A DNA stretch of 64,000 nt from Bacteroidales bacterium (GTDB lineage Bacteria; Bacteroidota; Bacteroidia; Bacteroidales; JAFGUD01), in NCBI GenBank assembly GCA_016936595.1, contig JAFGXO010000059.1:15654-79653 (forward strand), given 5' to 3'. Position numbers and translations under genes: made by a program. The notes beneath the pieces were generated by a model. The model was given only the letters and a program-made list of their open reading frames with translations. It had not been told where the DNA came from and searched no databases. Of the stretch, positions 18,001 to 27,191 are shown in pieces (the first letter of the stretch is position 1; each line of letters starts with the position of its first letter).

Positions 18001-21000
18001 CCTAAATCTTGGCGATATTTCAGAAGATATTCTTAAAGATTCACGAAAAAGTAGAGAAAACGGCATACCTTATCCTTCAGACCCAACTCAAATAGACACA
18101 ACACAGTGGGGAATTGTTACACGACAACCTATGACAACCCAAAATTTTGACAACAACGCAAGTGCAAGAGATATTCAAGATGTGGGATTAGACGGTTTAG
18201 GCGGAACAAACGAAGGAATGTTTTTTTATGATTACCTTCAACTAATTGCACAACTATACGGCGTTAATTCAATTGCTTATCAAAAAGCAGCAACCGACCC
18301 CAGTAACGACAATTTTAAATTCTATTTAGATAATTATTACGATAGTCTGCAAGCAGATGTACTAACCCGTTACAAAATGTTTAACGGAATGGAAGGAAAC
18401 TCTGCAATAAGTGGCGGTAACAACTACTCTGCTGTTTCGCAACTCCCGGATATGGAAGATGTAAACAGAGACAACACCTTAGATAATTACGAAGCATATT
18501 ATCAATATCAAATACACCTAAGCCCCGATCAAATGAATGTTGGACAAAATTACATTGTTAACAAAGTTGATGTTACAGCATTAGGCTTACCAAACGAAGA
18601 CACAGACCAAAAAGTAACTTGGTATCAATTTAAAATCCCTGTTCATTCTCCCGACAGAGTAGTTGGACAAGTACAAGGATTCAAATCAATTCGTTTTATG
18701 CGATTGTTTATGAGCGGTTTTGCAAACCCAACAATTTTAAGGTTTGCAAAATTCAATCTTATTCGCGATGAATGGAGAGAATATCAATATAACATCACTC
18801 AAGGAAGCGAAGGAACAATATACCCTCAAACCGGTTCATCAGGAACTCTTGATATTTCTGTTGTAAACATTGAAGAAAGTTCTCAAAAAGATCCCGTTAA
18901 CTACATTATGCCTCCGGGAGTTGTTAGAACTCAGGATTTATTTGACCAACAACCAATTAAAGAAAACGAACAATCAATGAGTTTAAGAGTTTTAAACCTA
19001 CCCGACGGTCAAGCAAAAGCGGTGTATAAAAATGTTGATATGGATTTACGAAAATATAATGCCATTCAAATGTACGTTCATGCCGAAGCACTAATTGGCG
19101 AAGAGGATTTGCTTGACGATTACGACCTATGTTTATTCGTTCGTATAGGTTCAGATTTTACCGATAACTATTACGAATATGAAATTCCATTGAAAAAAAC
19201 ACCCGCAGGAACTTATATTTCAAATGATGATGACATTACAGCCACCGACAGATATATAGTTTGGCCAACCGAAAACGAACTAAACCTTTCATTAGAAGAG
19301 TTGTTAGATGTTAAACAACAACGTAACTTAGCAATGGCTGATCCAAATTCAAACATCTCATTTGCAACTCCTTACGTAGTTTTTGACGGGAAAAACACAA
19401 TACGTGTTTTAGGTAATCCAAATTTATCAAATGTAAAAGTAATGATGATTGGAGTACGAAACCCCAAAAGAGAATACAATTTATACACAAGCGACGACGG
19501 AAGCACTAAATCAGCAGAAATTTGGGTAAATGAACTACGATTAACCGATTTTAACGGTTCCGGCGGATATGCTGCTAATGCAAGATTTAATGCTAATCTT
19601 GCCGACTTTGCAAGTGTTACTCTTTCGGGGTATATGCACACTCCCGGTTTTGGTGGAATTGAAAAACGTGTTAACGAAAGATACACCGATCAAACTATCG
19701 AATACGACTTCACTTCTCAAGTTCAACTTGGAAAATTTTTCCCTCGTGATTATGGCGTTTCTGTTCCATTATACGTAGGTTTTTCTCAAAGTATTTCTAA
19801 TCCTGAATATAATCCGTTTGACCCCGACATTAAATTTCAAGATGCTCTATCATCTTTACCGGACTCTACTAAAACTTCACTTAAAAATGCCGCTCAAACA
19901 TTCACTCAGCGACGCAGTTTTAACATCACAAATTTAAATATTCAAGGAAAAACAAACACAAACAGATCCGGAAACAACAATGCAAGAAGCACAGGCAATT
20001 CGCCTAAACCATGGAAAATTTCTAATTTTTCAACTTCTGTTGCTTTTAATGAAATTTATACAAGAACTCCTTTAATTGAATTTAATTATCAGAAAAATTT
20101 AATGTACAGTGTAAACTACAATTATGCTCCTAATCCTAAAGTAGTTACTCCTTTTAAAAGATCAAAATTATTTAGAGCCAGAATTTTTCAAATCGTAAAA
20201 GATTTTAACTTTTATTATCTACCAACAAGAATTAATTTTTCAACAGAAGTAAACAGACAATACATTTCTTTTAGGAACAGAAACGTGGGAGACGAAGATA
20301 TTAATCTTCCAACATCATATCAAAAAAATTTTTTATGGAATAGAAATTACGATATTTCTTATAAAATTACTAACGGTTTAAAATTAGACTTTACTGCCAA
20401 TAACGGAGCACGTATAGAACCCGACGGTTGGAGAGAACGAGAAACTCTTTTTGAAAAATGGAACATTAAACACCCTTCCGACACGGTTTTCTTAAATCTT
20501 TATGATTTAGGACAAAATACCGACTACCAACAATCAATTAAACTTAACTACAGAGTACCAATTAACAAACTACCATTATTAAGATGGACTTCGTTAACTG
20601 CCAATTATGTAGTTAATTACGATTGGCGTAGAGGTCCCGACGAACTAATTGTTGCCGCAACTGATACTACACCTGAATACAACTTAAATTTTGGAAATAC
20701 AATACAAAATTCATCAACTTTACGACTCGACGGAAGACTAAATTTCACCAACTTATACAGTAGCGTAGGATATTTAAAAAAGGTACAAGGTCGCTTTACT
20801 GCTAACGGAAGAACTCCTGTACAACGTCAAGATAAAGACGTAAGTTATACACGAACAGTAAGATTATTCAATGGAACTCCACAATACATTGTTCACAATC
20901 TAAAAACCGAAAACATAACAAAAGTTGAACTAACCTCTGAAGATGGACAAGTACTTAATAGCTCAAACTACGAAATAATGAGCCCTAACAAAATAAAAAT

Positions 21001-22498
21001 AACCCCCGATTCTACAATAAGAAACGTTACGTTAGTTATTGAAGGGAAAAAACCAATGGCTGAAAATCCATTAATTGTTATTTCAGATTACACATTAAAT
21101 ACTCTAATGATGCTGCAAAGTGTTTCAATAAATTACAAACTCGGTGCTGGCTCATTAATTAACGGATATATGCCCGAAACATTTTTATTTGGAAGTCAAA
21201 AAGTTAACGATGTTATTGCTCCGGGTGTAGGATATCTTATTGGAATACAAGATTATTCTTTAATTGAAAGATTTGCTCAGAATAGATGGCTCACAGACGA
21301 CTCTTTGTTTAATTTGCCAATTAATTACACAAATAGCGAAGAAATTAGAGTTAGATTTAGCCTTGAACCTATAAACAACATAAAAATTGATTTAAACTTC
21401 CAGAGAAACAACACAGTTAATCAAACTAACTACGGAAATATTGTTGACAACAATTTTGATATAAAAACCCAACTCCGAAACGGAAACTTTTTCATATCAT
21501 TTAATACAATTCAATCAGCATTCGAAAACGTAAATGCTAATACGGATTCAATTTATTATTCGCAATATTTTGAAGATTTTTTAGATAACAGACAACAAAT
21601 TGCATCGCGATTAGCACAAGAAAGACACAATATTGACGGAACTTATGACAACACCCAAACATATACCGACAGTTCCGGAACTTATCCAATAGGATACAGT
21701 GGAATTTCGCAAGAAGTTCTTATTGCGTCATTTTTATCTGCATATTCAGGCATTTCGCCCGATGCAATTGAACTTTCGTCATTTCCCCAAATTCCACTAC
21801 CCGACTGGAGAGTTACTTTTGATGGTTTATCTAATTTACCATTTGTAAAAGATTACGTTCAAAAAATATCTCTAACTCACTCTTATGCATCAACTTACAC
21901 GGTTAACGATTTTAATTCTAATCCTAATTTTGACTATGAAACATACGACGCAAGAGGATTTAGCAGGTCAATGTATGAATCAAATGATTTATTTATTCCT
22001 ATTTACGAGATTAATGGTGTACTAATTAGCGAAAAATTTGTTCCTTTTATTGGGATAGATATTACATGGAAAGGAAGTTTAACAACTCGAATTGAATACA
22101 AAAAAGCAAGAGACTTATTTTTAAGTTTTAACAACAATCAAATTCGCGAACGTCATAACAACTCAATTACTATTGGTGCCGGATACACATTAAAAGATTT
22201 AGGCATGAACATAAAAGTAAACGGACAACAGCAAGCAATAAACAGCGATTTAAATTTACGATTAGACCTAACCGCCGGAAACGACATAGAACTTTACCGT
22301 AAAATTGTTGAAGAAATTACTCCAACAATAAATACAAGTCGCAAAAATTTTACTTTAAGCTTTACAGCCGATTATTCTATAAACGACAAATTAAGCTTAC
22401 AATTTTATTTTAACGACGCAATTATGGAAACCAATACAGCACCCAAAACAACAAACGCTCAAGGTGGATTTAAAGTACGTTTTGCACTTACTCCATAA
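15014..22498 (+). CDS. sprA: Type IX secretion system translocon / cell-surface protein SprA
   Basis: 2494-aa single ORF with a signal peptide (LLFIMANISLFSQ). The size and sequence character fit Bacteroidota SprA (Sov). Confidence 0.88.
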   Translation: MIITQYKIKKYIAVLLFIMANISLFSQTDTTNLPFQIKHFDNPLLNQRYNSALYLKLPSDYSQDVQFDPATGNFIITPKVGNFSTGRPYIMTFDEYNLHQTKTAIRNNWKLNNQRQSTDNDFLNDFLNPQINLGIAGIDKIFGSDQITVVPTGNVDISLGLSYYNIDNDALAKRVRRNVNFDFTQNIQLGVNGKVGDKMNVGINYNTQAMFAYENRRKVDYNGEEDEIIQKIEAGDITFPLNNTLIPGSSTLFGIRTDLQFGNLTITNVVSHQNGETKTIEVQGGAVLNDFEISASDYEEDKHFFLSHYFRDNYEAAMQTLPIVTSNVKITRIEVWVTNKTSDFQNARDVVAFMDLGTNTNHIYADGFVVGNPNVNMPDNQTNNLYDLMTSTYSGIRQISAVSNVLSTIPNFTEGVDFAKLESARKLEANEYSVNMDLGYLSLNYRLKPGEVLAVAYEYTVNGETFQVGEFTNDIEAPNTLILKLLRGPASIPNFPTWDLMMKNIYSLNTYSLSRDDFALEIYYNNDRLGTKTNYIPEGDIADERLLRVFNFDNADNQNNPNPDGFFDLIEGITVNSRNGLIIFPELEPFGDYLATQIGNQQIAKKYTFPELYDSTQYIAQQTAVKNKFYLKGQYKSSGGNEIMLNVLNVPQGSVKVTQGGQELTENVDFSVDYNIGKVTILNEALLRSGMPIKISLESNDQFGMTTKSLLGTHWNYQFSDNFNVGATYMHLSELPVDPKTRLGIEPISNTIYGFNTNFTHDAPFLTRAVDFLPFIETKVPSTITLTAEFAQLIPGNPRFIKKRYDADGVSFIDDFEQSQTFIDLKSPQAWMMSSVPQGQNDLFPEAADGTGFTSGFNRAKISWYDINDDFTVKTSNTRPSYITLDDISKHYIRQVYEKEIFPNKQYPNGLPTRMTIFNIAYYPSDRGPYNYDVEPSNISAGIDDQGQLNDPQSRWGGIMRDLYITDFESSNIGFVEFWLLNPFIYDSLSTGGELYLNLGDISEDILKDSRKSRENGIPYPSDPTQIDTTQWGIVTRQPMTTQNFDNNASARDIQDVGLDGLGGTNEGMFFYDYLQLIAQLYGVNSIAYQKAATDPSNDNFKFYLDNYYDSLQADVLTRYKMFNGMEGNSAISGGNNYSAVSQLPDMEDVNRDNTLDNYEAYYQYQIHLSPDQMNVGQNYIVNKVDVTALGLPNEDTDQKVTWYQFKIPVHSPDRVVGQVQGFKSIRFMRLFMSGFANPTILRFAKFNLIRDEWREYQYNITQGSEGTIYPQTGSSGTLDISVVNIEESSQKDPVNYIMPPGVVRTQDLFDQQPIKENEQSMSLRVLNLPDGQAKAVYKNVDMDLRKYNAIQMYVHAEALIGEEDLLDDYDLCLFVRIGSDFTDNYYEYEIPLKKTPAGTYISNDDDITATDRYIVWPTENELNLSLEELLDVKQQRNLAMADPNSNISFATPYVVFDGKNTIRVLGNPNLSNVKVMMIGVRNPKREYNLYTSDDGSTKSAEIWVNELRLTDFNGSGGYAANARFNANLADFASVTLSGYMHTPGFGGIEKRVNERYTDQTIEYDFTSQVQLGKFFPRDYGVSVPLYVGFSQSISNPEYNPFDPDIKFQDALSSLPDSTKTSLKNAAQTFTQRRSFNITNLNIQGKTNTNRSGNNNARSTGNSPKPWKISNFSTSVAFNEIYTRTPLIEFNYQKNLMYSVNYNYAPNPKVVTPFKRSKLFRARIFQIVKDFNFYYLPTRINFSTEVNRQYISFRNRNVGDEDINLPTSYQKNFLWNRNYDISYKITNGLKLDFTANNGARIEPDGWRERETLFEKWNIKHPSDTVFLNLYDLGQNTDYQQSIKLNYRVPINKLPLLRWTSLTANYVVNYDWRRGPDELIVAATDTTPEYNLNFGNTIQNSSTLRLDGRLNFTNLYSSVGYLKKVQGRFTANGRTPVQRQDKDVSYTRTVRLFNGTPQYIVHNLKTENITKVELTSEDGQVLNSSNYEIMSPNKIKITPDSTIRNVTLVIEGKKPMAENPLIVISDYTLNTLMMLQSVSINYKLGAGSLINGYMPETFLFGSQKVNDVIAPGVGYLIGIQDYSLIERFAQNRWLTDDSLFNLPINYTNSEEIRVRFSLEPINNIKIDLNFQRNNTVNQTNYGNIVDNNFDIKTQLRNGNFFISFNTIQSAFENVNANTDSIYYSQYFEDFLDNRQQIASRLAQERHNIDGTYDNTQTYTDSSGTYPIGYSGISQEVLIASFLSAYSGISPDAIELSSFPQIPLPDWRVTFDGLSNLPFVKDYVQKISLTHSYASTYTVNDFNSNPNFDYETYDARGFSRSMYESNDLFIPIYEINGVLISEKFVPFIGIDITWKGSLTTRIEYKKARDLFLSFNNNQIRERHNNSITIGAGYTLKDLGMNIKVNGQQQAINSDLNLRLDLTAGNDIELYRKIVEEITPTINTSRKNFTLSFTADYSINDKLSLQFYFNDAIMETNTAPKTTNAQGGFKVRFALTP

Positions 22499-22537
22499 TT
22501 TTTTTGCAAAAAAATTTCTTTTTTAAAAAGGTATAAT

Positions 22538-22545
22538 TACATTTG
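22538..22545 (+). promoter_or_regulatory. -7 box TACATTTG upstream of the ferredoxin gene
   Basis: Matches TAnnTTTG, 34 nt before the ATG at 22579. Confidence 0.4.
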
Positions 22546-22578
22546 CATTATGTTTATAAACCCTAAAATTAAATAAGA

Positions 22579-22749
22579 ATGGCTTACATTATTTCAGATG
22601 ATTGTACTGCTTGTGGATCTTGTATCGACGAATGCCCGGTTGAAGCAATAAGCGAAGGTGATATATATAGCATTGACGCTAGTTTATGTACCGACTGTGG
22701 AGCATGTGCAGAAGTATGTCCTGTTGAAGCAATTTCTCCAGCAGACTAA
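22579..22749 (+). CDS. 2x[4Fe-4S] ferredoxin, 56 aa (below the ORF-track size cut-off)
   Basis: My translation is MAYIISDDCTACGSCIDECPVEAISEGDIYSIDASLCTDCGACAEVCPVEAISPAD*. It carries two CxxCxxCxxxCP motifs. Confidence 0.85.
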   Translation: MAYIISDDCTACGSCIDECPVEAISEGDIYSIDASLCTDCGACAEVCPVEAISPAD

Positions 22750-22769
22750 TCACTAAAATGTTTTTAAAC

Positions 22770-22806
22770 AAAAAAAACTGCTTAATTATATGCGGTTTTT
22801 TTTTTG
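22770..22806. terminator. Weak A/T-flanked hairpin between ferredoxin and dtd
   Basis: AAAAAAAACTGC-ttaattatat-GCGGTTTTTTTTTTT. The GC core is short, and A- and T-runs flank it on either side. Confidence 0.35.
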
Positions 22807-22909
22807 CAATAACTCAGATTATGTATGAGAAAAAAATTCACAAAATATTATGTTTAATATATTTAAAGTTTTAGATTTAATAAAAAAACAAAGTAGTTTT
22901 GCCCTAATA

Positions 22910-23362
22910 CTATTCCTTGTTTTTTGAATCAATAAAAATAGTAACAGGTCCATCATTTTCCAAAGAAACATTCATATAAGCCCCAAATTTACCGGTTTCA
23001 GTTATTATTTGCGTTTCTTTATCAAATTCAGCAATCATTCTTTCATATAAAGGAATAGAAATATCAGGTTTTGCAGCTTTAATAAAAGAAGGTCTATTAC
23101 CTTTTTTTGTGCTTGCATGAAGAGTAAATTGACTAACCAAAAGAATTTTACCATTAACATCTTTAACGCTAAGGTTCATTTTGCCTTCATTATCTCCAAA
23201 AATCCTCAAATTAGATATTTTTTTCACTATCCATTCAATGTCAGTTGGAGTATCATCATCTTCAAAACCTACTAAAATCAATAAACCTTTGTTAATTTTT
23301 CCTATGATTTTGTTGTCAACTTCAACAATTGCACTTTTTACACGTTGTATTATTGTTCTCAT
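22910..23362 (-). CDS. dtd: D-aminoacyl-tRNA deacylase
   Basis: ATG at 23362 gives MRTIIQRVKSAIVEV... Also SQFTLHAST and the C-terminal NDGPVTI motif. Confidence 0.9.
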   Translation of the reverse strand: MRTIIQRVKSAIVEVDNKIIGKINKGLLILVGFEDDDTPTDIEWIVKKISNLRIFGDNEGKMNLSVKDVNGKILLVSQFTLHASTKKGNRPSFIKAAKPDISIPLYERMIAEFDKETQIITETGKFGAYMNVSLENDGPVTIFIDSKNKE

Positions 23363-23442
23363 TTGTGAAAATAAATTTATTTTGTGCAACAAAATTAAAA
23401 ACTTCACTCTTTTTATTGTAAATTAACCAAAAAACTTTTATT

Positions 23443-23967
23443 ATGAAAAAACTATTCTTATTTATTTCGCTATCACTTATCATTTTAGCTGTTAATGCTC
23501 AAGTTGACCAAGACCCTAACACAAATTCCAAAACTATTCCATCAATTGAAATAAAAAGTTTAGATGGTAGCGTTTTTTATACCGACAGCATTCAAAACGA
23601 TGGTTATCCGATAATTATTGATTTTTGGGCAACATGGTGCAAACCTTGTATTAAAGAGCTAATTGTTCTTGATGAAAATTACACCGACTGGCAAGATGAA
23701 ACAAACGTAAAAATTTACATTGTATCAATAGATGATTCCAGAAGTATGAGTAGAGTTGCTCCATTTGTAAGCGGAAGAGGTTGGGAGTTTGAAGTTTTAC
23801 TTGATCCTAATCAAGATTTTAAACGAGCAATGGGAGTAGCCGACGTTCCTCACACATTTATTGTTGACGGAAATGGTAATATTGTTCTTGAACACACCGC
23901 ATACACCGAAGGCGATGAAGACGAATATTACGAGCTTTTGCTTGAATTAACCGAAGATTTAGATTAA
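23443..23967 (+). CDS. TlpA-family thiol:disulfide oxidoreductase (thioredoxin fold)
   Basis: Signal peptide, then WATWCKPC active-site motif. Confidence 0.8.
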   Translation: MKKLFLFISLSLIILAVNAQVDQDPNTNSKTIPSIEIKSLDGSVFYTDSIQNDGYPIIIDFWATWCKPCIKELIVLDENYTDWQDETNVKIYIVSIDDSRSMSRVAPFVSGRGWEFEVLLDPNQDFKRAMGVADVPHTFIVDGNGNIVLEHTAYTEGDEDEYYELLLELTEDLD

Positions 23968-23988
23968 TCATTTTTTAAACTTTCACAA

Positions 23989-25680
23989 ATGAAACAATTA
24001 GTTTTTTTATTAGTTCTATCATTTATTTTCATGTCAAAAATTTATGCACAAAATGGAGGAACAGTTAGAGGGAATTTTCAGACAACAATGCAAACCTATA
24101 AATCCGATTCGCTTATTGGAGCAACTGATGCTCCCGAATTTGTGTTATTAAATTCCTATGCAAATATTTTATATACAAACGCAAATTTCACTGCCGGAAT
24201 GCGTTACGAAGGCTATTTTAATACTCTTCAGGGTTATGATACAAAAAACGACGGATTTGGTTTTCCGTACAGATTTTTACAATATTCTGCCGATAATTTT
24301 GATATCACAGTCGGAAATTTTTATGAACAATTAGGTAACGGATTAGTTTTTAGGACATACGAAGATAAAAACATTGGCTACGACAACGCAATGGACGGAA
24401 TTAGAGTAAAATTTAATCCCCATCAAGGAATATATTTTACCGGAATTGTTGGCACACAACGATACGCTTTTTCAAAAACCGATATAGGCTATTCTCAAGT
24501 TCAAAATCAAGGACTTATAAGAGCTTTTGATATTGAATTTTCGCCAAATGATGCTATTGATTCTTTAAATGATGCTAAAACCAGAATAAGTTTTGGTTAT
24601 AGTTTTGTAAGTAAATATCAAAAAGAGCAAAGCCAATTTATTACTGTAAACGACACAACCTATTCATTACTAATGCCACAAAACGTAACAGCAATGTCCG
24701 GCAGAATGAATTTATCAACAGGCGCCTTTGCTTTTTCGGGAGAATTTGCTTACAAATTTAATGATCCCTCTGCCGAAAATAATTACATTTACAAACCCGG
24801 TACAGCAACATTTGTAAATATTTCTTTTGCAAAAAGCGGTTTAGGAATTTTACTTTCCGCAAAAAGAATTGACAACTTTGGATTTAGATCAAACCGCACT
24901 GCAACACTTAGCGACCTAAATATCAACTACATACCTGACATTTCAAGAAATCATGTTTACGCATTTTCTGCTTTTTATCCTTATGCTAACCAAAATACCG
25001 GTGAAATGGGTATTTCTTCAGAAATAACTTTTAAACTCAAAAAAAATTCCTTTTTTGGGGGGAAATACGGAACAGATATTCGTCTTAATTATTCAAGGAT
25101 GCAAGATATCAACAAGCAACAAATTGACCCAAACATTGAAATCAATCAAAAAGGCACAGACGGTTATATTTCTGATTTTTTTGCAATAGGTAAAGATATT
25201 TTTTATCAAGATGCAAACATTCAAATAAATAAAAAAATATCAAAAGGTTTCAAATTTACCGTAATTTACCAAAATCTAATTTTTAATTACGGAATTTTAA
25301 GGGGCGAACCCGAAATGCAAACAGTTTATGCTAATGTTGGTATTTTAGACATGACAATAAAACTAAAAACAAAACACTATTTAAGAATTGAAGCCGAAGC
25401 TTTATTTTCTGAACAAGACATGGGCAACTGGGCTATGTTGTCAGCAGAATACACTGTTTCACCGCATTGGTTTTTTTCTGCTACCGATCAATACAATTAC
25501 AAAAATCCAAATAACCAAGAAGCTCACTACTACAACGCAGCATTTGGATATAAAATAAATGCTACCCGATTACAATTTAGTTATGGTCGTCAACGAGCAG
25601 GAGTTGTTTGTATTGGAGGCGTTTGCAGAGCAGTTCCGGCAACTAACGGCTTCATGTTCTCGTTAACAAGCTGTTTTTAA
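23989..25680 (+). CDS. Outer-membrane beta-barrel-type protein (DUF6029-like)
   Basis: 563 aa with a signal peptide ending YAQ. Alternating aromatic-rich strands and a C-terminal Phe (TSCF). There is a Cys pair, VVCIGGVCRAV, near the C-terminus. Confidence 0.5.
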   Translation: MKQLVFLLVLSFIFMSKIYAQNGGTVRGNFQTTMQTYKSDSLIGATDAPEFVLLNSYANILYTNANFTAGMRYEGYFNTLQGYDTKNDGFGFPYRFLQYSADNFDITVGNFYEQLGNGLVFRTYEDKNIGYDNAMDGIRVKFNPHQGIYFTGIVGTQRYAFSKTDIGYSQVQNQGLIRAFDIEFSPNDAIDSLNDAKTRISFGYSFVSKYQKEQSQFITVNDTTYSLLMPQNVTAMSGRMNLSTGAFAFSGEFAYKFNDPSAENNYIYKPGTATFVNISFAKSGLGILLSAKRIDNFGFRSNRTATLSDLNINYIPDISRNHVYAFSAFYPYANQNTGEMGISSEITFKLKKNSFFGGKYGTDIRLNYSRMQDINKQQIDPNIEINQKGTDGYISDFFAIGKDIFYQDANIQINKKISKGFKFTVIYQNLIFNYGILRGEPEMQTVYANVGILDMTIKLKTKHYLRIEAEALFSEQDMGNWAMLSAEYTVSPHWFFSATDQYNYKNPNNQEAHYYNAAFGYKINATRLQFSYGRQRAGVVCIGGVCRAVPATNGFMFSLTSCF

Positions 25681-25733
25681 GCTATAAAAAATCCACAAAT
25701 AAATCTTTTAAGATAAAAAGAAAATTAAAAACA

Positions 25734-26576
25734 ATGAAACATTTAAAATATTTAATTCCTTTTGCATTGGTGATGTTTATTTTAAATTCATGCGATAAAG
25801 TAACACCGCCTGACGGTAGTCTTTTTTATATTAACGATACCGTTTCAGCATCTTTAAACGACACACAAAATATTGCAGAAAAAAAAGTACTAATCATTGA
25901 CTTTACCGGAATAAGATGTACAAACTGCCCGGGAGCACACGAAGTACTTCATCAGTTGGAAAATATATACCCCGACAAAATTATTCCAATTGCTATTCAC
26001 GGAACATTATTAGCCTATCCAACAGGCGAATACATTACCGATTTACGAACTATTCAAGGAAACGAAATAATAGACGAATTTGGGATAAACGCCATTCCAA
26101 TAGGTTTAGTTGATTATTTCGACAAAACATATTTAAGCAGCGAAGCAACTTGGTCAGATGAAGTTACAACAAACCTTCAAGAAGCTCCTCTTTTTGGAAT
26201 AGAAATTGAAAACACTTTCAATAATACAGATAACTCTCTTGAAGTTTTGGTAGATTTAACATCTTTATCTAATTTTGAACAAAGTTTAAGTCTTATAGTT
26301 TATCTTGTTGAAGATTCAATTATCACACGTCAAGCAACTAATGTTTCGCCCGGATATATTGAAGAATACGAGCAAATGAATGTTTTTAGAACAGCCGTTT
26401 CTAATTTATGGGGAGATACTGTATTTTCAGAAGGTTCATCAGAAAATCAAACAGACACAAAAACTTTTAACATTACATTAGATAACACATGGAATGCAAA
26501 CAATTGTAAAATAGTTGCCTTTATTTGCGATAATTCCAACAAAGTTTTAAATGCAAATTCGGCTAAAATAAAATAA
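25734..26576 (+). CDS. Omp28-related lipoprotein with a thioredoxin-like CxxC
   Basis: Lipobox ILNSC. KVLIIDFTGIRCTNCPGAHEVL resembles the Omp28-related family. Confidence 0.55.
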   Translation: MKHLKYLIPFALVMFILNSCDKVTPPDGSLFYINDTVSASLNDTQNIAEKKVLIIDFTGIRCTNCPGAHEVLHQLENIYPDKIIPIAIHGTLLAYPTGEYITDLRTIQGNEIIDEFGINAIPIGLVDYFDKTYLSSEATWSDEVTTNLQEAPLFGIEIENTFNNTDNSLEVLVDLTSLSNFEQSLSLIVYLVEDSIITRQATNVSPGYIEEYEQMNVFRTAVSNLWGDTVFSEGSSENQTDTKTFNITLDNTWNANNCKIVAFICDNSNKVLNANSAKIK

Positions 26577-27140
26577 ATGGCAAAAAAAAAATTTAGAAAT
26601 AAACGTGTTGAATTTTTATTTAAATTTACATTTAATACTCTAATTATTCTAACTTTATGGATATTATTTTTTAAAGGTCTCAGAGGAATTGGCTTTATTG
26701 ACTTTCTTTATGAAGAAGGAATATACATGCTGACAAAAATTCAACTGATATTATCTAAATTTCTACTTCAAATCATGGGTTTTACTATTGAAATATACGG
26801 CAAAACCATTAAAATTATTGGGAGCTATGGAGTTCATCTCGATAGAGGCTGTTTAGGCAGAAACACATTAGGGCTTTTTGTTGGATTTATTTTTGCATTT
26901 CCGGGAAAACAAAAAAGTAAAATATGGTTTATTTCTTTAGGAATAATAATTTTCATTTTTCTTAACGTTTTCAGAATTGCAGGACTTTCTATAACTGATT
27001 ATTGTTGCCCCGAAAAATTAGATTTTAATCATCATTATGTGTTTAAAATAATAACCTACATTTCTATATTTTTCCTGTGGGTATGGTGGGTACAGCGATA
27101 TAGTATTTTTGCAAAAGCAAAGAAGAAAAAAATAACATAG
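26577..27140 (+). CDS. Exosortase/archaeosortase-family protein (XrtF-like size)
   Basis: 187-aa polytopic membrane protein. It has the ordered Cys/Arg/His signature LDRGCLGRNTL ... FLNVFRIAGLS ... FNHHYVF. The ATG directly follows the Omp28-like stop. Confidence 0.5.
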   Translation: MAKKKFRNKRVEFLFKFTFNTLIILTLWILFFKGLRGIGFIDFLYEEGIYMLTKIQLILSKFLLQIMGFTIEIYGKTIKIIGSYGVHLDRGCLGRNTLGLFVGFIFAFPGKQKSKIWFISLGIIIFIFLNVFRIAGLSITDYCCPEKLDFNHHYVFKIITYISIFFLWVWWVQRYSIFAKAKKKKIT

Positions 27141-27191
27141 GAATACGGGAGCAGTATTCCTATTTTTTACAACACCAAAAAATATTTTTAA

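Noticed and set aside
25051-25060. G6 run in the DUF6029-like gene, C5/C6 runs at 11743-11757, and the GGA/GGT-rich stretch in ftsH (55333-55350), considered as phase-variation tracts
   Set aside because: The runs are short. The ftsH stretch encodes the conserved poly-Gly linker (VGGGGGGNN). None sits at a gene start, and none is long enough to expect slippage.
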